Source: Piedraia hortae CBS 480.64
Taxonomy: Eukaryota
Length of the DNA: 64,000 nucleotides
Assembly: GCA_010093745.1 (NCBI GenBank)
Contig: MU005979.1
Span: forward strand, 124,001 to 188,000
Direction: 5' to 3'
In this document: positions 44,783-56,766 of the stretch, piece after piece
Numbering within the stretch: the first letter of the stretch is position 1
How the letters are laid out: every line of letters begins with the position of its first letter
Translations under genes and position numbers: made by a program
Notes under the pieces: generated by a model
Databases searched by the model: none
The model's input: the letters and a program-made list of their open reading frames with translations, nothing else
What the model was told of the DNA's origin: nothing

Positions 44783-45723
44783 ATGACCAAGCTCATCTTC
44801 CTCACTGCTCTCCTTACATCGGCCGCGCTGGCGCGTCCTTGTGGTGGCAACAAGCCGTAAGTCCAAACGGTTCCCTTGGAACGAACTTTCCAAACTGACA
44901 TTTAAGAACCGGTGTCTCCATCCCCAGCATCCCTACCAAGAGTGTCGCCCCTTGCCCTTATGCGTCCGGCGTCCCAAAGATCAACTGTGGCGGATGCGGT
45001 GGTGCTGGCTGCCCCGGCTGCGGCGGATCTCCGGCCCCCATGGGTTCAGCCCCTGCGAAGTGTGGCGGATGTGGTGGTGCCGGCTGCCCCGGCTGCGGTG
45101 GTTCTGTCCCTACTGCCACCGCTGCCATCAAGTGCGGTTCCTGCGGCGGTGCTGGCTGTGGTAGCTGTGGCGGCTCTGCTCCCACTGGTACTGCTGCTAA
45201 GTGCGGTGGCTGCGGTGGTGCAGGTTGCCCTGGATGCGGCGGATCGGTCCCGACCGCTACTGGTATTGCGAAGCGCTGTGGAGGCTGCGGTGGCTCAGGC
45301 TGCCCTGGATGCGGTGGTGCCGTCCCAACTGCTACTGCTGCCAAGTGTGGTGGCTGCGGCGGTGCCGGCTGCCCCGGCTGTGGTGGTTCTGTCCCAACTG
45401 CCACCGCTGCCATGAAGTGCGGCTCTTGCGGTGGCGCTGGCTGCCCCGGATGTGGTGGTTTTGTCCCGACTGGCACGGCCGCTGTGAAGTGTGGAAGCTG
45501 TGGCGGTGCCGGCTGTGGTAGCTGTGGTGGCTCTGGATGCGGAGGCTCCGTCCCGACCGCTACCGCCGCTGCCAAGTGCGGTGGCTGTGGCGGTTCTGGT
45601 TGCCCGGGATGTGGAGGTGCTGCCCCAACTGCGACTGCTGCTGGCAAGTGTGGAGGCTGCGGTGGTGCTGGTTGCCCTGGCTGTGGTGGATCTATTCCGA
45701 CCGCCACTGCTCGCAGGTTCTAA
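44783..45723 (+). CDS. Secreted Cys/Gly-rich tandem-repeat protein, 296 aa; join(44783..44856,44907..45723)
   Basis: Signal peptide MTKLIFLTALLTSAALA-RP; 50-nt intron GTAAGT...CTGAC...AAG keeps the frame; ten modules of KCGGCGGAGCPGCGGSVPTATAA that vary mainly at synonymous sites; TATATAA at 44640. Confidence 0.9.
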
Positions 45724-46829
45724 GGTACTGGTTGCCTGGTAATTGTTCTTCGACGCTGAGCGTCTTCATTCGACTTATGCAAGGATAGACTTCTACATGT
45801 AACTAGACTCTTTATGCCAACGCTGTGCGTGTTATTGTTTATCTGCCTTTCTTAGTCTCCACCTTGATACAGGTTGATCAACTCTGCCACCTTGTGTCCT
45901 TCCTGTTTTGCTATTGTCTTTTCTTAACTTAGATTTTCACCGCGGTCTTATATTCCGTCCTCTCAGTTGTCTTAGTTTTCTGTGCCTGCGTGTAAAGTCA
46001 AGACTGACCTTTCAGTCATGGCGTAGACGATCCAATTGCTTCTCACTGTTCTACTCCATAGTAGGCTAGCGCCTCTAATTGTTTAGCCATATGAAATGGT
46101 AGCTGGCCGCGAGGCTCGTTCAACCGTTAAGCTGGCAGCAGTCATCCAAGCTTCGTGCGCAATTTTTGGACACCACGATCTCGATAAGAGAACAAATGCA
46201 ACAGATGTGGAGCTTTGAAAGACGAGAAACGAGGCCACCGAAGGGCCCGTAGATGTGTCCAATACGGAGAGGACACTAGAACACCTGATGTGGATTGGCT
46301 TGGGGCTCCGATCAGAATCGAGGAGGTGCTCTCCAAGGCGAGAACAAACTCGAGCTTCTTGCACCGATTGCCCGGGGAGAGTGGGTACATCCAAACTACA
46401 ATCCATAAAGCAGTAAATGCAGCAGTCGTTCAAAGTTTCAAAGAGCGAGAGCTCTCGGCCCTACTGTGACCAGAATGCAGTAGATTCAGGCAGTAGAAAG
46501 TCCACCCGTGATCAGGTGGGCCTTTAACATCGGGGCCTTCATACAACCCATCGGGTATCGAAGCCAGAGACTCGTTGTCTTGCAGAAAGCTGGGCACAGA
46601 TATCAGGCGAGCTGCAGGGAGGTTTATGTCAGCCGGGTTTCTACATACAGCAGTTCAGAGAAGCGAGGATGCCCCGGTCCCACAAGACCAACCCAGACCA
46701 ACCACATGTTACACGACATGCGACGTCAGACGGACCGGGCCGAACTGAGACCCGACGCCGACGTCAACCCCCCGATGGGGTTGGTAACGGAGAGTTTCGA
46801 GTTGGGCGGACAGTTCACATGTGCATCTA

Positions 46830-48206
46830 ATGTCGTCAAAGATGCTTCGGTCAGGGCAGCGTTCATGGGTAGAAAGGTGGAAAGGACGAGGACTGTGCAC
46901 CACGGGGAGGAGATACCGTGGCAAAGACGAGGAAGAGCCTGGGGCTCTGTCGAGACGGCTAATGCAATTGAGCGAAGAGGCGGTGGAGACTGGAGGCGGT
47001 GGAGCAGTAGAAGACACCGTCTCGGAGGATATGAAACAGCGTATCCGAGAGAGGATTGCGCAGGCGAGCTTCAGCAGCGAACACGCGGGGGCTCTGGCTC
47101 AGGCGAACCTGCCTCCAGGGGCTGGAAAGGCTGCGCAGGACATTGTGGGTGCGACGCCGTGGAGCGGTGAGGAAAGCGTGGCGGATGGAGCCCTGCGCAT
47201 GCTGACCGACAAGTACAAGCCCAAGCCGTCCGGGGTTCGCATGCCAACGCGCGTTGACACGGGGCGGCCGAGCAAGTCCGACAGCGGCTCACGACTGGCA
47301 AACGCCCGCGACAGCTCCTCGGCCTACGCGACGCTCAAGGATGGATCCATGAGCGACGAAGAACGGCATCGCTTCAGACAGGAAATGAAGGCGCGGTTTC
47401 AGTCCGACGCCCGCAGCATACCGGCCAGCATACAGGCCCTGGGCTCCCTGGCAAACGAGCGCATTGAAGACGCCATAGCACGCGGTCAGTTTCGCAACAT
47501 CTCGATACGTGGACAGCAGCTGCAGCGTGATCACAACGCCAGTAGCCCGTTCATCGACACGACCGAGTACCTGATGAACCGCATGATACAGAAGCAGGAC
47601 ATTGTGCCGCCGTGGATCGAGAAGCAGCAGGAGCTGGCCCAGGCTGTGGACCGCTTCCGCAGTCGTCTAAGAGCAGACTGGCGTCGCCACGTTGCGCGAT
47701 CGATATCCAGCGACGGTGGAGGGGTTGCGGCGCAGGTCAGGCGCGCAGAGGCCCATGCTGTGGCTGAGCGGCAAATGCAGTCGAAGGCAGGGGTAGCGTC
47801 TTCTGGAGCTCTAGAAGATCCGGAAGGGGCAAAAGGGGAGGATTGGGGGACCGTTGGGCCGTTCAGGGACCGGCAGTGGGAAGCCACCGAAGCGCGTTAT
47901 CTGTGCGCCGCCGTTGCCAACCTCAATGCGCTGACGCGCTCCTACAACTTGATGGCGCCCGATCTAGCGCGCAAGCCATATTTCCACGTCGAGCGCGAGC
48001 TGCGCAGCTGCTTTGCCGATGTGGCGCCCACCGTGGCCGAGGCGATCCGGCAACGGGCACGGGCGCCACCGACCAGGGACAGTGGTGCCGGACGGGCGGG
48101 CAATGGTGTGCTCGAGCGGTTTACGCTGGATGGCGCCGGCCACGTGCATGACGAGCGGCGGCCGCAGTACGGCTTCAGGGAATTTTGGCGCGATCTGTGG
48201 GCGTGA
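46830..48206 (+). CDS. DUF1992 (DNAJC28-like conserved domain) protein, probably mitochondrial
   Basis: LANERIEDAIARGQFRNI..RG...DTTEYLMNRMIQKQDIVPPWIE; Arg-rich N-terminus. Confidence 0.85.
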   Translation: MSSKMLRSGQRSWVERWKGRGLCTTGRRYRGKDEEEPGALSRRLMQLSEEAVETGGGGAVEDTVSEDMKQRIRERIAQASFSSEHAGALAQANLPPGAGKAAQDIVGATPWSGEESVADGALRMLTDKYKPKPSGVRMPTRVDTGRPSKSDSGSRLANARDSSSAYATLKDGSMSDEERHRFRQEMKARFQSDARSIPASIQALGSLANERIEDAIARGQFRNISIRGQQLQRDHNASSPFIDTTEYLMNRMIQKQDIVPPWIEKQQELAQAVDRFRSRLRADWRRHVARSISSDGGGVAAQVRRAEAHAVAERQMQSKAGVASSGALEDPEGAKGEDWGTVGPFRDRQWEATEARYLCAAVANLNALTRSYNLMAPDLARKPYFHVERELRSCFADVAPTVAEAIRQRARAPPTRDSGAGRAGNGVLERFTLDGAGHVHDERRPQYGFREFWRDLWA

Positions 48207-48500
48207 CTCCATCAACGTTATGCTTCCCCAGTTAATAAACTCTCCGCTGGTTGTCTGGCGGCAGGGATATGGATGCCAGATTTCCCCTGAAAGATGTGCG
48301 CTCCTGCTGCTCAATCTCTCCAATCAATCGCTGGGCCAATCCATGCACCGATAAATCTACAGATCTCACCGTCACCGGTGGCCCAATATTAACGCTATTA
48401 TACCTCTCCAGACGGTGGCGGTGTGACCCGAGCCTAATCCCATCGCTGCGTGGCCCCGAGCTTGTCAGATGGTGACAGGCAAACTGCCGACTCCCACGTG

Positions 48501-49152
48501 TCACCCGTTCCGAACGGGGTCCCAGTACCGACCGGGTGCATCTGCATCATGTCAGCCATGCCCGATTGAGAATGAGCCATACGCACACGATGAGTCTGAC
48601 GCTGACGTCGTCGCCGGCTTCTGCTCGGTCTCGGTCTCGGTCTCGGTCTCGGGCGATTTCTCGTTGCCGCTGACGTCTCCGCCCTTGCCCTTGGCCTGTC
48701 CGCGCCGGTGGCGGTTGCGGTTGTCGCGGTAGCGGAAGACGTGCCAGAGCAGCCACCGAATGACCCAGTTCTCGTCCTCTGACGCGTCGGCATCGCGGCC
48801 CAGGTCGTAGACGGCGCGCGTGTCGGCTTGGGCCAGTTGGTATATGCGTAGGATCTCCTGATAGATGGCCGACTCGCTGACGTGTGCGTGGCTGTACGGC
48901 GGCTCGATGCGCGAGTCTCGTAGCTTGACGAGAAGAGAGCTTTGGTCCTCGGTTAAGCGTTTCCGACCCTCGACGGCTTCTTCCTAAAAGCAGCTCGTCA
49001 GCCATCTAGCAGGACAGCGAGACAGCTTGGGAGTGCACCTTCATCTTGGCATACAGCCGTCTGTGACACTCATCGTTTTCCTGCAGGCCCAGCCGTTCAA
49101 ACAGCCGAGCCTTGGACTCGCTCTGGGCCAAAGGTGCTCGAGGCGGGGCCAT
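48501..49152 (-). CDS. Fungal hypothetical protein; join(49039..49152,48587..48983,48501..48541)
   Basis: Canonical introns give MAPPRAPLAQSESKARLFERLGL...RRLYAKMK|EEAVEGRKRL...ENWVIRWLLWHVFRYRDNRNR...|YAPGRYWDPVRNG*. The main exon frame is missing from the ORF track. A (GAGACC)n repeat encodes ETETETET. Confidence 0.8.
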
Positions 49153-50923
49153 GAACCAGGGCAGAGGGCAGCTTGTACAGCCAATTCTTTGAGGAAGAGT
49201 GGTCTTGTCCAGCGGGATGAAAGCGTTTGGGAAGAATTGACCGGGACAAATTTGCAAGTCTTGTCGAGAAGGTGGAGCTTAATTGGGAGAGGCCACCATG
49301 GGCTGTTGGCCGCTCTTATCCGGGTACTCTTTCCTCTAAGGTAGGGGTGTGTGCCAGCATCGGGAGGCAAAGGCTACAGCAGCCAGGCGAGCCCGAAGTT
49401 TGGCCAGATCTGCGCCAGGCCCGGCCATGTTGACTTTTGACCACTGTGCATGGCTAGAGGGGGTTCGTCCAGCATTCGGACACCAGCCAGGAGTCAGGAA
49501 CAGCCAGCAAGCGGCAGCCTCAGCCGTAAGCCAGCTCCATCTCCAGCCCCAGCGTCAGCCAACGGGCGCCTACAACAAACTCGCACTACCACACACGTGT
49601 AGTGCAACCGCCCGGCAGGACGCACATCCCGGCATTTGCTGACCCTGGTCCCCCAGTCGCCGCTCGTCATCTGTCCCCACACCAACCCGCAGCGGTCAAT
49701 CTACACGCCCCGGGGAAGGCGCGTCGGCCGCATGCAGCACGCCCGACACGTAGCATCGCCGTGGCGGGAAAGTCACTGCCTTTTGGGGATAAATGTCCGC
49801 TCTGGAAGCATCACCCACATGAGCGGGGCCAAGAAGAGGAGCCTGCCAACTTATCCGCGGCTCTGCCAAGTACGTTCCAATAGCCTTTGGGCCGTCTGCA
49901 CCGCCCGCCCGCTGACAGCTAATCCAACCCACCGCCACGTGATCCACTTCCATCGCGCCTGCCTATTGAGCAAAAAGCAAAAGGCCTAGAGCTGCGGCTG
50001 TGGACTGCGGAGTGCACTCCTCATGTCCAAGTCTCAGGCCATCCCCCAGGCCATTCATCTGGTCCCTGGCCGCAACTGTCTGTCTCTCGATGACGTCGTC
50101 AAGGCCCCGGCTTCGGATTAGTCGTCTGGAGCCGCATGGAGCAGCGACGGGCTCGGGTCCGCGCATCTGGACGGTCCCGCCGTACCTCCGTTTTCTGCGC
50201 CGCAACGTATCGTCACACCTCCGGGCCTGCCATCATACCCGGGCGAGCGGGAAGCGGCCAGGGCTGCAGCAGCCTTATCTCGGCCTGTTTCAAAGTGGAA
50301 GCGCTGGTTCCATAGACCACAAGGATCAACAACAACAACAATACCATCACCACCAGGATCTTCTCGTCAACCAGGGTTGTTTTCTTGTTGCGTCCGTCGC
50401 CAGGCTGTCCAGCCTGCATTCAATCAAACCGGTCTAGATGGAACACGCACAATGGCACAGCAATCCCTGCTGCAAGCGCTCGAGGATACATCTGTTCCTG
50501 CACGTCCATCAACACGTGCTGTGAGACAACCTCACCGTGTGGCCCGTCGACCGGCGGCGAGATCTAATGGAATTCGAGCGTATGGAGTGGACGGGACTAT
50601 ACAGAGCGACTGTCACGAGTAATATCCCGCAGTTCACCTAAATGACGACTAAACCCCGTAAACCTCGCACAACATGGTCAAAGTCGGATTATATAGAATA
50701 TCTTCTTCTACAAACCACTTTCTCCTAGGTGAATCTGATTACATCAAACCATCTTTTTTTTTTACAACGCAAACTCTTGCAGTGGGAGAAACACGTGCTT
50801 CAGCACCGTTGCGAACATATCCCGCTCGTACATGTTCGTGATCGAATGTGGGGCTGTATCTACGGCCATTGACAATTGACAACTTTTTTCCAATGCCTAC
50901 TAACTAGGAGGGAGTCAAGATTT

Positions 50924-50924
<1 letters not shown>

Positions 50925-50962
<38 letters not shown>
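50925..50962 (+). repeat. Poly(A) tract, 38 nt
   Basis: Uninterrupted A run. Confidence 0.95.
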
Positions 50963-50963
<1 letters not shown>

Positions 50964-52685
50964 CGCGCAGTCGCCGCGGCTAACAGTGCTGTTGTGATGT
51001 AATGGTCCTAAAACAATCTCCGAGTAGCCACCGTGTTCATAAAAAATCGGAAGAAATCTTGTGTTGCTTTACGGTGACAGCGTGATTGGAGTACAGCTTG
51101 AATGCGAGGAACCACGCAAAGCCAGAGCGACCCACTTTTTTCTTGTGCGTCCTTGGTCCCGATATTCTTCAGACTCGCGAGCGCGCAAATCTGATGAACA
51201 CCAAAGGTAGCAGCAGCCGGCTGGTAACGGCATTTGCTATGTAATGCAGCTATCTGAACGCTTTTACAATCTTCAGATGTCGTGTGTGACGCCATCTCAC
51301 ACTTTTGGCTACGACTGGAAGAACAAAGTTTGACGAAACAAAGAGTGTCAAAACTCAAACCGCAAAAGTTTTTTGCTCAAGCGTCTTGGCATCATGCCCG
51401 CAGCACACTTGCACGTCCCCATCGTATGCAAACAATACACCCACCCCAGGTGTCATGACCACGCAACTTAACGTGGCTTTCGTCCATTCCCACCTCTTTC
51501 ATGCCTTTTTCCGACCCGAACCCCAGGATCACAACGGCAGCTTGAATTCACTGTCTATCAGATCATCCTTGTCCCTAGCACGATACCTGTTCACTCTGTA
51601 ATATCGAGTGTATATCGCAAGACAGACATGTTCGGTAGCTGGGCCGGCGACGAGAGTGTTTCGATGGTTTGTTGTCAAGAGGCAAGTCTGAGACCTAACG
51701 AGCACCTGACGAGGATGCGGCGTTGGACCTGTGCATATGGACTTGGTACTTCTTCCGAAGCAGAAAAGCCAAATTTTGTTTAGCATCTCGAATTTTTATT
51801 GGGTGCAGAGAGGCTTGTAAGGGAGAAGCAGAAACTTTTGATGGGGTGATTGCAACACTCTCAAAGGATGACACCACTTTCCAACTTCTCTTTCCTTTCC
51901 AGGTCCTCGGCAGGCTCGACAGGCAGGTCTACGCGACAGTACGTGTCTGAAAGCATCCTGAGTGCAAACTTAATGGCCTCGTCCACACACGAGCACTGAT
52001 TTCCTTGCACTATTGGCTCCCGAAACGAGCCGGATTGTCGGTAGATGAGCACGCGCACAGCCACAGCGCTTTCTCTGCCACTCATTCTTCACCATTCAGA
52101 AGCTCATGGTGGGTAGCCGCAGAGCCTTCTGCAGCCGGCGACGATCCCCCGCGTGGTTGTCAGGGCACAAGGCTGAATTAATATCTGCGACCCGGGGGCA
52201 CCGTGTGGGTGGATAATATAAAGTGATTGACTCATTGGATGACCGCGGTGCAATGAGCACTTGTCGTTCTTGGAAAGCCTAGCGGAGCGGTCTGATCACT
52301 ATGCCGACTCCGCTCCTTCCATATTCGGAAAGAATTGTTTCGGGTCTTTTCAACCAATGAACCATATCGCTCGAGATTTGCGAGGTTGAACACGCGTCGT
52401 AGTACACGACTCTATCGATCTGATATGGGTCCAGCAATGGTGTTTGTACACCGAGCCCAGCTTTTTCACACTCTCACAGAATATTCCATCCACCCATGTC
52501 CGCTGACTCCATCCTTCCCTATACGGCAATACCCTTCCCAGTACTAACATACCCGCTCACTAATCCACCCACTAACCACTCCCACCAGAGCCCCTCAGAT
52601 CCAGAAAAAACATCCCACCACCCACCCTTCCTTCCAGAGAAACAAAACCTCACAACCCCCAAACCTATCCTCCAGCCCTAGAGAA

Positions 52686-53333
52686 ATGCTCAACGAACCT
52701 ACGCAACAAAACCCCAATACCTCAACCTTCCTCCAACGCGCAACAAAAGAATCCCTCCCTCCAATTCCCAGGGAACCAACCATCCACCCACTAGCAGAGA
52801 ACCCCGCTTCACTCTCCGAACCAACCGTCCAACCACCAACACACAAAATCAACGGAACACTCACCCTGGCCCTGCAAGTCTTCCACCCTGTCTCCGGATT
52901 TGACTTCACCTCCGGCTCTAACTCCAGCTCCGGCTCCGGCTCATCCTCAAGCGCAAACCAATTACCCTCTTCCTCCAGCTCCTCCAGCTCACGATACCTC
53001 ACCCCAAAGAGTTTCCAACACGTAGCGTCAAGTTCGTCGGGGACGGGGTCATTGCATTCGCATCTCAACCAGGTTTCGAGTTCGGTGGGGTCCGAGGGGG
53101 ATGGTGCTGGCGCACCAGCGCCGGTTGTGGAGACGACGCAGACAAGGGTTCTGGGCTGGGGGGTCGTGAAGAGATTCGCACTGCGGGTAGGGACTATACT
53201 CGCGATGAAGAAGGGTGGTGCAATGATTACTAACCAAGGGGATGGCGTTGGGAATCCCAAAGACGACGACTCCGTCTCTATAAACTCAGCAATAACAGTT
53301 CGGCGACCGGACGGGAAGTCGAGTTCTTCGTAG
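52686..53333 (+). CDS. Hypothetical Ser-rich low-complexity protein
   Basis: 215-aa ATG ORF with the gene-like C/A-to-G/T skew, convergent with YME1; no recognisable domain. Confidence 0.45.
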   Translation: MLNEPTQQNPNTSTFLQRATKESLPPIPREPTIHPLAENPASLSEPTVQPPTHKINGTLTLALQVFHPVSGFDFTSGSNSSSGSGSSSSANQLPSSSSSSSSRYLTPKSFQHVASSSSGTGSLHSHLNQVSSSVGSEGDGAGAPAPVVETTQTRVLGWGVVKRFALRVGTILAMKKGGAMITNQGDGVGNPKDDDSVSINSAITVRRPDGKSSSS

Positions 53334-53400
53334 AGGATAAATAGTACAGGAGGGCAATGCAGAATAAATCTTACATGAAAAAGAAAGATTCCTACTGTAA

Positions 53401-55497
53401 TTAAGCACCACTTTCACCCCCAAAAGGAGGTAGAGCAGCCAATCTACCCGGTAGGAGATCACCGCCTTCACTGTTCCCATCTTCGGGGACTTTGATTGGA
53501 GTTTTGGAATCGACGCTTATTCTATCAGGTAATTTTTCGCCGCGGACGACTTTTTCCATTTCGGCTTTGCTTAGGGTCTCGTATTCCACTAATGCGTGGG
53601 CTAGACGGTCGAGTTCTTCTCTTCGGGATGAGAGGAGTTTGCGGGCTCGTTCGCGGCCTTCTTCCACCAAACGTCGGACTTCGCTTTCGATTGCTTCTTT
53701 TGTTTGGGTGCTGAGTCGGTTGTAGTCGCTTGCGAGATCGATGTTGCCGAGTTTCTCGGACATGCCGGCTTTGGTGACCATTTGGAGGGCAATGCGTGTC
53801 GCGCCTTGGATGTCGGATGAGGCGCCCGTTGTGACGTTCTCGGGCCCGTAGACGAGCTCCTCGGCCACTTTTCCGCCCATGCAGACGTCTATCTGTGCGA
53901 GCATCTCCTTTTTGGTTTCGGATACTTTATCGAGTTCTGGTAGCATTTGCGTGAGGCCGAGGGCGTGGCCGCGCGGCATGATGGTGGCTTTGTATAGCGG
54001 TGTTGTGGCTTCCGTCAGCATGGCAACGAGAGCATGGCCACCCTCGTGGTACGCCGTCATCTCCTTGTCCTTGGGCTGGATCACGGCCGACCGACGCTCG
54101 GCACCCATCATTAGCCGGTCTTTTGCCCAGACAAGGTCGGCGATGCCAACGCGGGACGCCTTGTTTTTTGATGCGTGAACTGCGGCTTGATTGACAACAT
54201 TCTCCAGCTCGGCGCCCGAGAAGCCTGGGCAGCCGCGCGCGACTTCAGCTGCATCTACAGACGAATCGACCTTGATATTGCGCAGATGGTGCTTGAGAAT
54301 GGCGATGCGACCACGCACGTCGGGCAGCGGCACGGGGACGTTGCGGTCGAAGCGACCGGGCCTCGTAAGCGCCTTGTCCAATGACTGCGGGAAATTGGTC
54401 GCGCCCATGACGATGACACCAGAATTCTTCTCAAACCCGTCCATTTCCGTCAGCAACTGGTTCAGCGTCTGCTTTGCGTAGGCAGCATCGCGTTCGTGAC
54501 GCTTGGATCCAATGGCATCGAGCTCGTCGATGAAAATGATGGACGGCGCCTTCTCCTTGGCCGCCGCAAACAAATCGCGCACGCGCTTGGCGCCGACGCC
54601 GACGTAGACTTCGTCAAACTCTGAGCCCGACATATAGAAGAACGGCACCTGAGCCTCGCCGGCCACGGCACGCGCCAGTAGCGTCTTGCCCGTGCCCGGC
54701 GGGCCGACCAGCAACACTCCGCGCGGCAGTTTCCCGCCGAGTTTGTTGAACTGATCGGGCGAGCGCAGAAACTCTACAAGCTCCTGCAGCTCCTCCTTGG
54801 CCTCGTCGGCGCCGTGCACGTCCGAGAAGCGCGTTGTTTGCAGCTCCGGCTTGGCCTCACCATGCTGTGCCCCGCCAACTCGCTTCAGCACGCCAGTCGC
54901 CTCGATTAGCAGCGTGAAGAGCACCAGTGTGCAGTAGCCCATGAGGCCGAACACGAGCACGAAGCGCGTCCACTTGAAGATGGTACTACCGAGGCTCTCG
55001 TCGACGACGACATACAACGGCTCGTGCTTAGCGCCGCTACCCTGCTTGGACACGGCGACATTACCGCCGTGGCCTCGCGCTGCAATCGCCTGCCCGACCG
55101 CGTGTAACTTCTCGCCACTAGCCTCGGTCTGCTCAACAGCGCGCTGGAAAACCGACTCCACGGCGGGGCTTGTGGCGTAGCGGCCTGACTGATGCCGCTC
55201 TACAACGATCTCCGGCATGTTTGCGCGGAGGAGGCCTTGATAAAATGCATGCTGGGCGGCCGCCGACGACGGATTGCTGTTGGCTGCTTGCTCCAAATTT
55301 GCCAATGTGCGATTTATACTCTGCCCGGACAGCCGCCAGAAGCTCCGTTGTTGCGGCTGAAGACTTTTAAGGATGAGGGTGGTGGCGGATAGAGGACGAT
55401 GTTCTGGTGAGAAATTTCTGGACATCGGTCGCCGTAACAGCGGCGTCATCGTAGTCAACCGCCGCATCGCCATCAGACGCTGCGGATTGACCGCCAT
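53401..55497 (-). CDS. YME1: Mitochondrial i-AAA protease
   Basis: Single TM segment, Walker [30 protein letters not shown] and zinc motif HEGGH. Likely start MAVNPQ at 55497. Confidence 0.96.
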   Translation of the reverse strand: MAVNPQRLMAMRRLTTMTPLLRRPMSRNFSPEHRPLSATTLILKSLQPQQRSFWRLSGQSINRTLANLEQAANSNPSSAAAQHAFYQGLLRANMPEIVVERHQSGRYATSPAVESVFQRAVEQTEASGEKLHAVGQAIAARGHGGNVAVSKQGSGAKHEPLYVVVDESLGSTIFKWTRFVLVFGLMGYCTLVLFTLLIEATGVLKRVGGAQHGEAKPELQTTRFSDVHGADEAKEELQELVEFLRSPDQFNKLGGKLPRGVLLVGPPGTGKTLLARAVAGEAQVPFFYMSGSEFDEVYVGVGAKRVRDLFAAAKEKAPSIIFIDELDAIGSKRHERDAAYAKQTLNQLLTEMDGFEKNSGVIVMGATNFPQSLDKALTRPGRFDRNVPVPLPDVRGRIAILKHHLRNIKVDSSVDAAEVARGCPGFSGAELENVVNQAAVHASKNKASRVGIADLVWAKDRLMMGAERRSAVIQPKDKEMTAYHEGGHALVAMLTEATTPLYKATIMPRGHALGLTQMLPELDKVSETKKEMLAQIDVCMGGKVAEELVYGPENVTTGASSDIQGATRIALQMVTKAGMSEKLGNIDLASDYNRLSTQTKEAIESEVRRLVEEGRERARKLLSSRREELDRLAHALVEYETLSKAEMEKVVRGEKLPDRISVDSKTPIKVPEDGNSEGGDLLPGRLAALPPFGGESGA

Positions 55498-55873
55498 GAT
55501 AGTTTTGCGGGCTGTAGCGCCCTTATGGAGTGCCGTATCAATACGCTCTGGAGTTGCTGTCTTGGTCGGGCTGTGCAAATATGTTGGAGTGAAGTCAGCC
55601 TGCGACGCTAACCGCATTTGGAAGGAGACCACCTTGAGGAGCAAATGTGATGGGGTGAGATGTTTCTTGTTTGACATACAGACTCTGATGGCTACACCAC
55701 GTACATAGCGAATAAAGCTCTGGACTGCAGACGGCCTGAGCACAAACGGTCCAGCCATGCAGAGCGGTTTGCCCGTAACGTGACTCCCCCGCTGTCAACT
55801 CTAAAGCCCCCCCTCCACCCCCCACTTGAACCCGGCACCTCTCGATATACATATTCACAGCATATTTGCGAAC

Positions 55874-56410
55874 ATGTCCAGCCAGTTTAAGAATCTTACA
55901 CAAAATACTCCTTCACCTAAGCGCAAGCGGGACGACAACGCCCCCGCCCTGCACCTGGATATTTCCTCCAGCAGTGATATACGAGGTCCGGACAGTCCTC
56001 GATCCAAAGTGGCAGAGCGACTGCAGGCACTACAGCTACACACCGAAGAACAATATGAGAAACCCAAAACCAAGAAGAAAAAAGTCAAAAAGCGGGACGA
56101 CTCAAAAGACAGTCAGCGAGACCAAGACATGCTCGACCGCGCGGCTCTTTGTTGGCAAGAAGACGAAATTACTGGCCACGACATTGACACCCTTTCTGGG
56201 GACGATGGCCTCGGCATCAACGGAGTCGGATTCAAGCCTACGCCAGCCATCGCGCAAGAGCGATTGGCAAGAAGGAGAAGACAGATTTTCGAGTGGAAGG
56301 CGCGCGAGGCGCGCGAGGCAAGACAAAAGCGCATCGACCGGCGTTGTGGACGGGGCGGAGAGAAATCACATGAGGGGCCGCCCAAGCGGACGGTGAGATT
56401 TGCTGCGTGA
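55874..56410 (+). CDS. Fungal hypothetical basic, probably nuclear, protein
   Basis: NLS-like PKRKR and a conserved-looking block WQEDEITGH...DDGLGINGVGFKPTPAIA...QIFEWKAREAREARQKR. Confidence 0.7.
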   Translation: MSSQFKNLTQNTPSPKRKRDDNAPALHLDISSSSDIRGPDSPRSKVAERLQALQLHTEEQYEKPKTKKKKVKKRDDSKDSQRDQDMLDRAALCWQEDEITGHDIDTLSGDDGLGINGVGFKPTPAIAQERLARRRRQIFEWKAREAREARQKRIDRRCGRGGEKSHEGPPKRTVRFAA

Positions 56411-56463
56411 CTGTGACATGTGCCAAACCGGACGGTCGGTACTGGTTGGTGCTGTCGCCTGGT

Positions 56464-56626
56464 CACGTGCGTAAACATGACATCAGCTGTCTATCAATTC
56501 ACCGTCAGCCAGACTGCCCCCATAAGCCAACTTCGCACTGCAGGCGCAGTGTCAGTCAAGACGTTCTGCCGTGGACAAACAGAATCGCCCGTCTCCGAGC
56601 CAATCAGAGGCGCACGTGTATAAAAG
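56464..56626 (+). promoter_or_regulatory. Phosphatase promoter: two CACGTG E-boxes, CCAAT box, TATA box
   Basis: CACGTG at 56464 and 56613, CCAAT at 56600, TATAAAAG at 56619, ~140 bp upstream of the ATG. Confidence 0.6.
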
Positions 56627-56766
56627 AAAGTTGAACGGTTGAGATGGCTTCATCCACGCGGGGTTTGATCGCAATCTCATTCGTCTGTGGGTCGCCCCAG
56701 CCCTTGCATTAACTCCATGTATCTGCTTAATAGATCCTCGATGCCCGAGTGCATCGTTCACCTCTC

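Noticed and set aside
44958..45707. 249-aa Pro/Gln-rich antisense ORF and alternative-frame ORFs over the repeat gene
   Set aside because: Shadow of the Gly/Cys codon repeat; the plus frame has the signal peptide, intron and synonymous variation.
44783..45723. Dikaritin (ustiloxin-type) RiPP cluster or CRISPR-like array
   Set aside because: Only one internal KR site, no DUF3328 oxidase or tailoring genes nearby, and the repeats are in-frame coding units without unique spacers.
46083..46469. Possible pseudogene fragments upstream of the DUF1992 gene
   Set aside because: No recognisable family and no consistent frame.
51008..52085. Chain of short minus-strand ORFs as a transposase relic
   Set aside because: Only a weak MDES-like fragment; no coherent DDE motifs or TIRs.
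55498..55758. N-terminal ORF extension of YME1 (similarly CCT4 7292-7393, SDH1 34064-34168, CDO1 58660-58740)
   Set aside because: Unconserved-looking sequence or non-ATG starts; downstream ATGs give family-typical N-termini.
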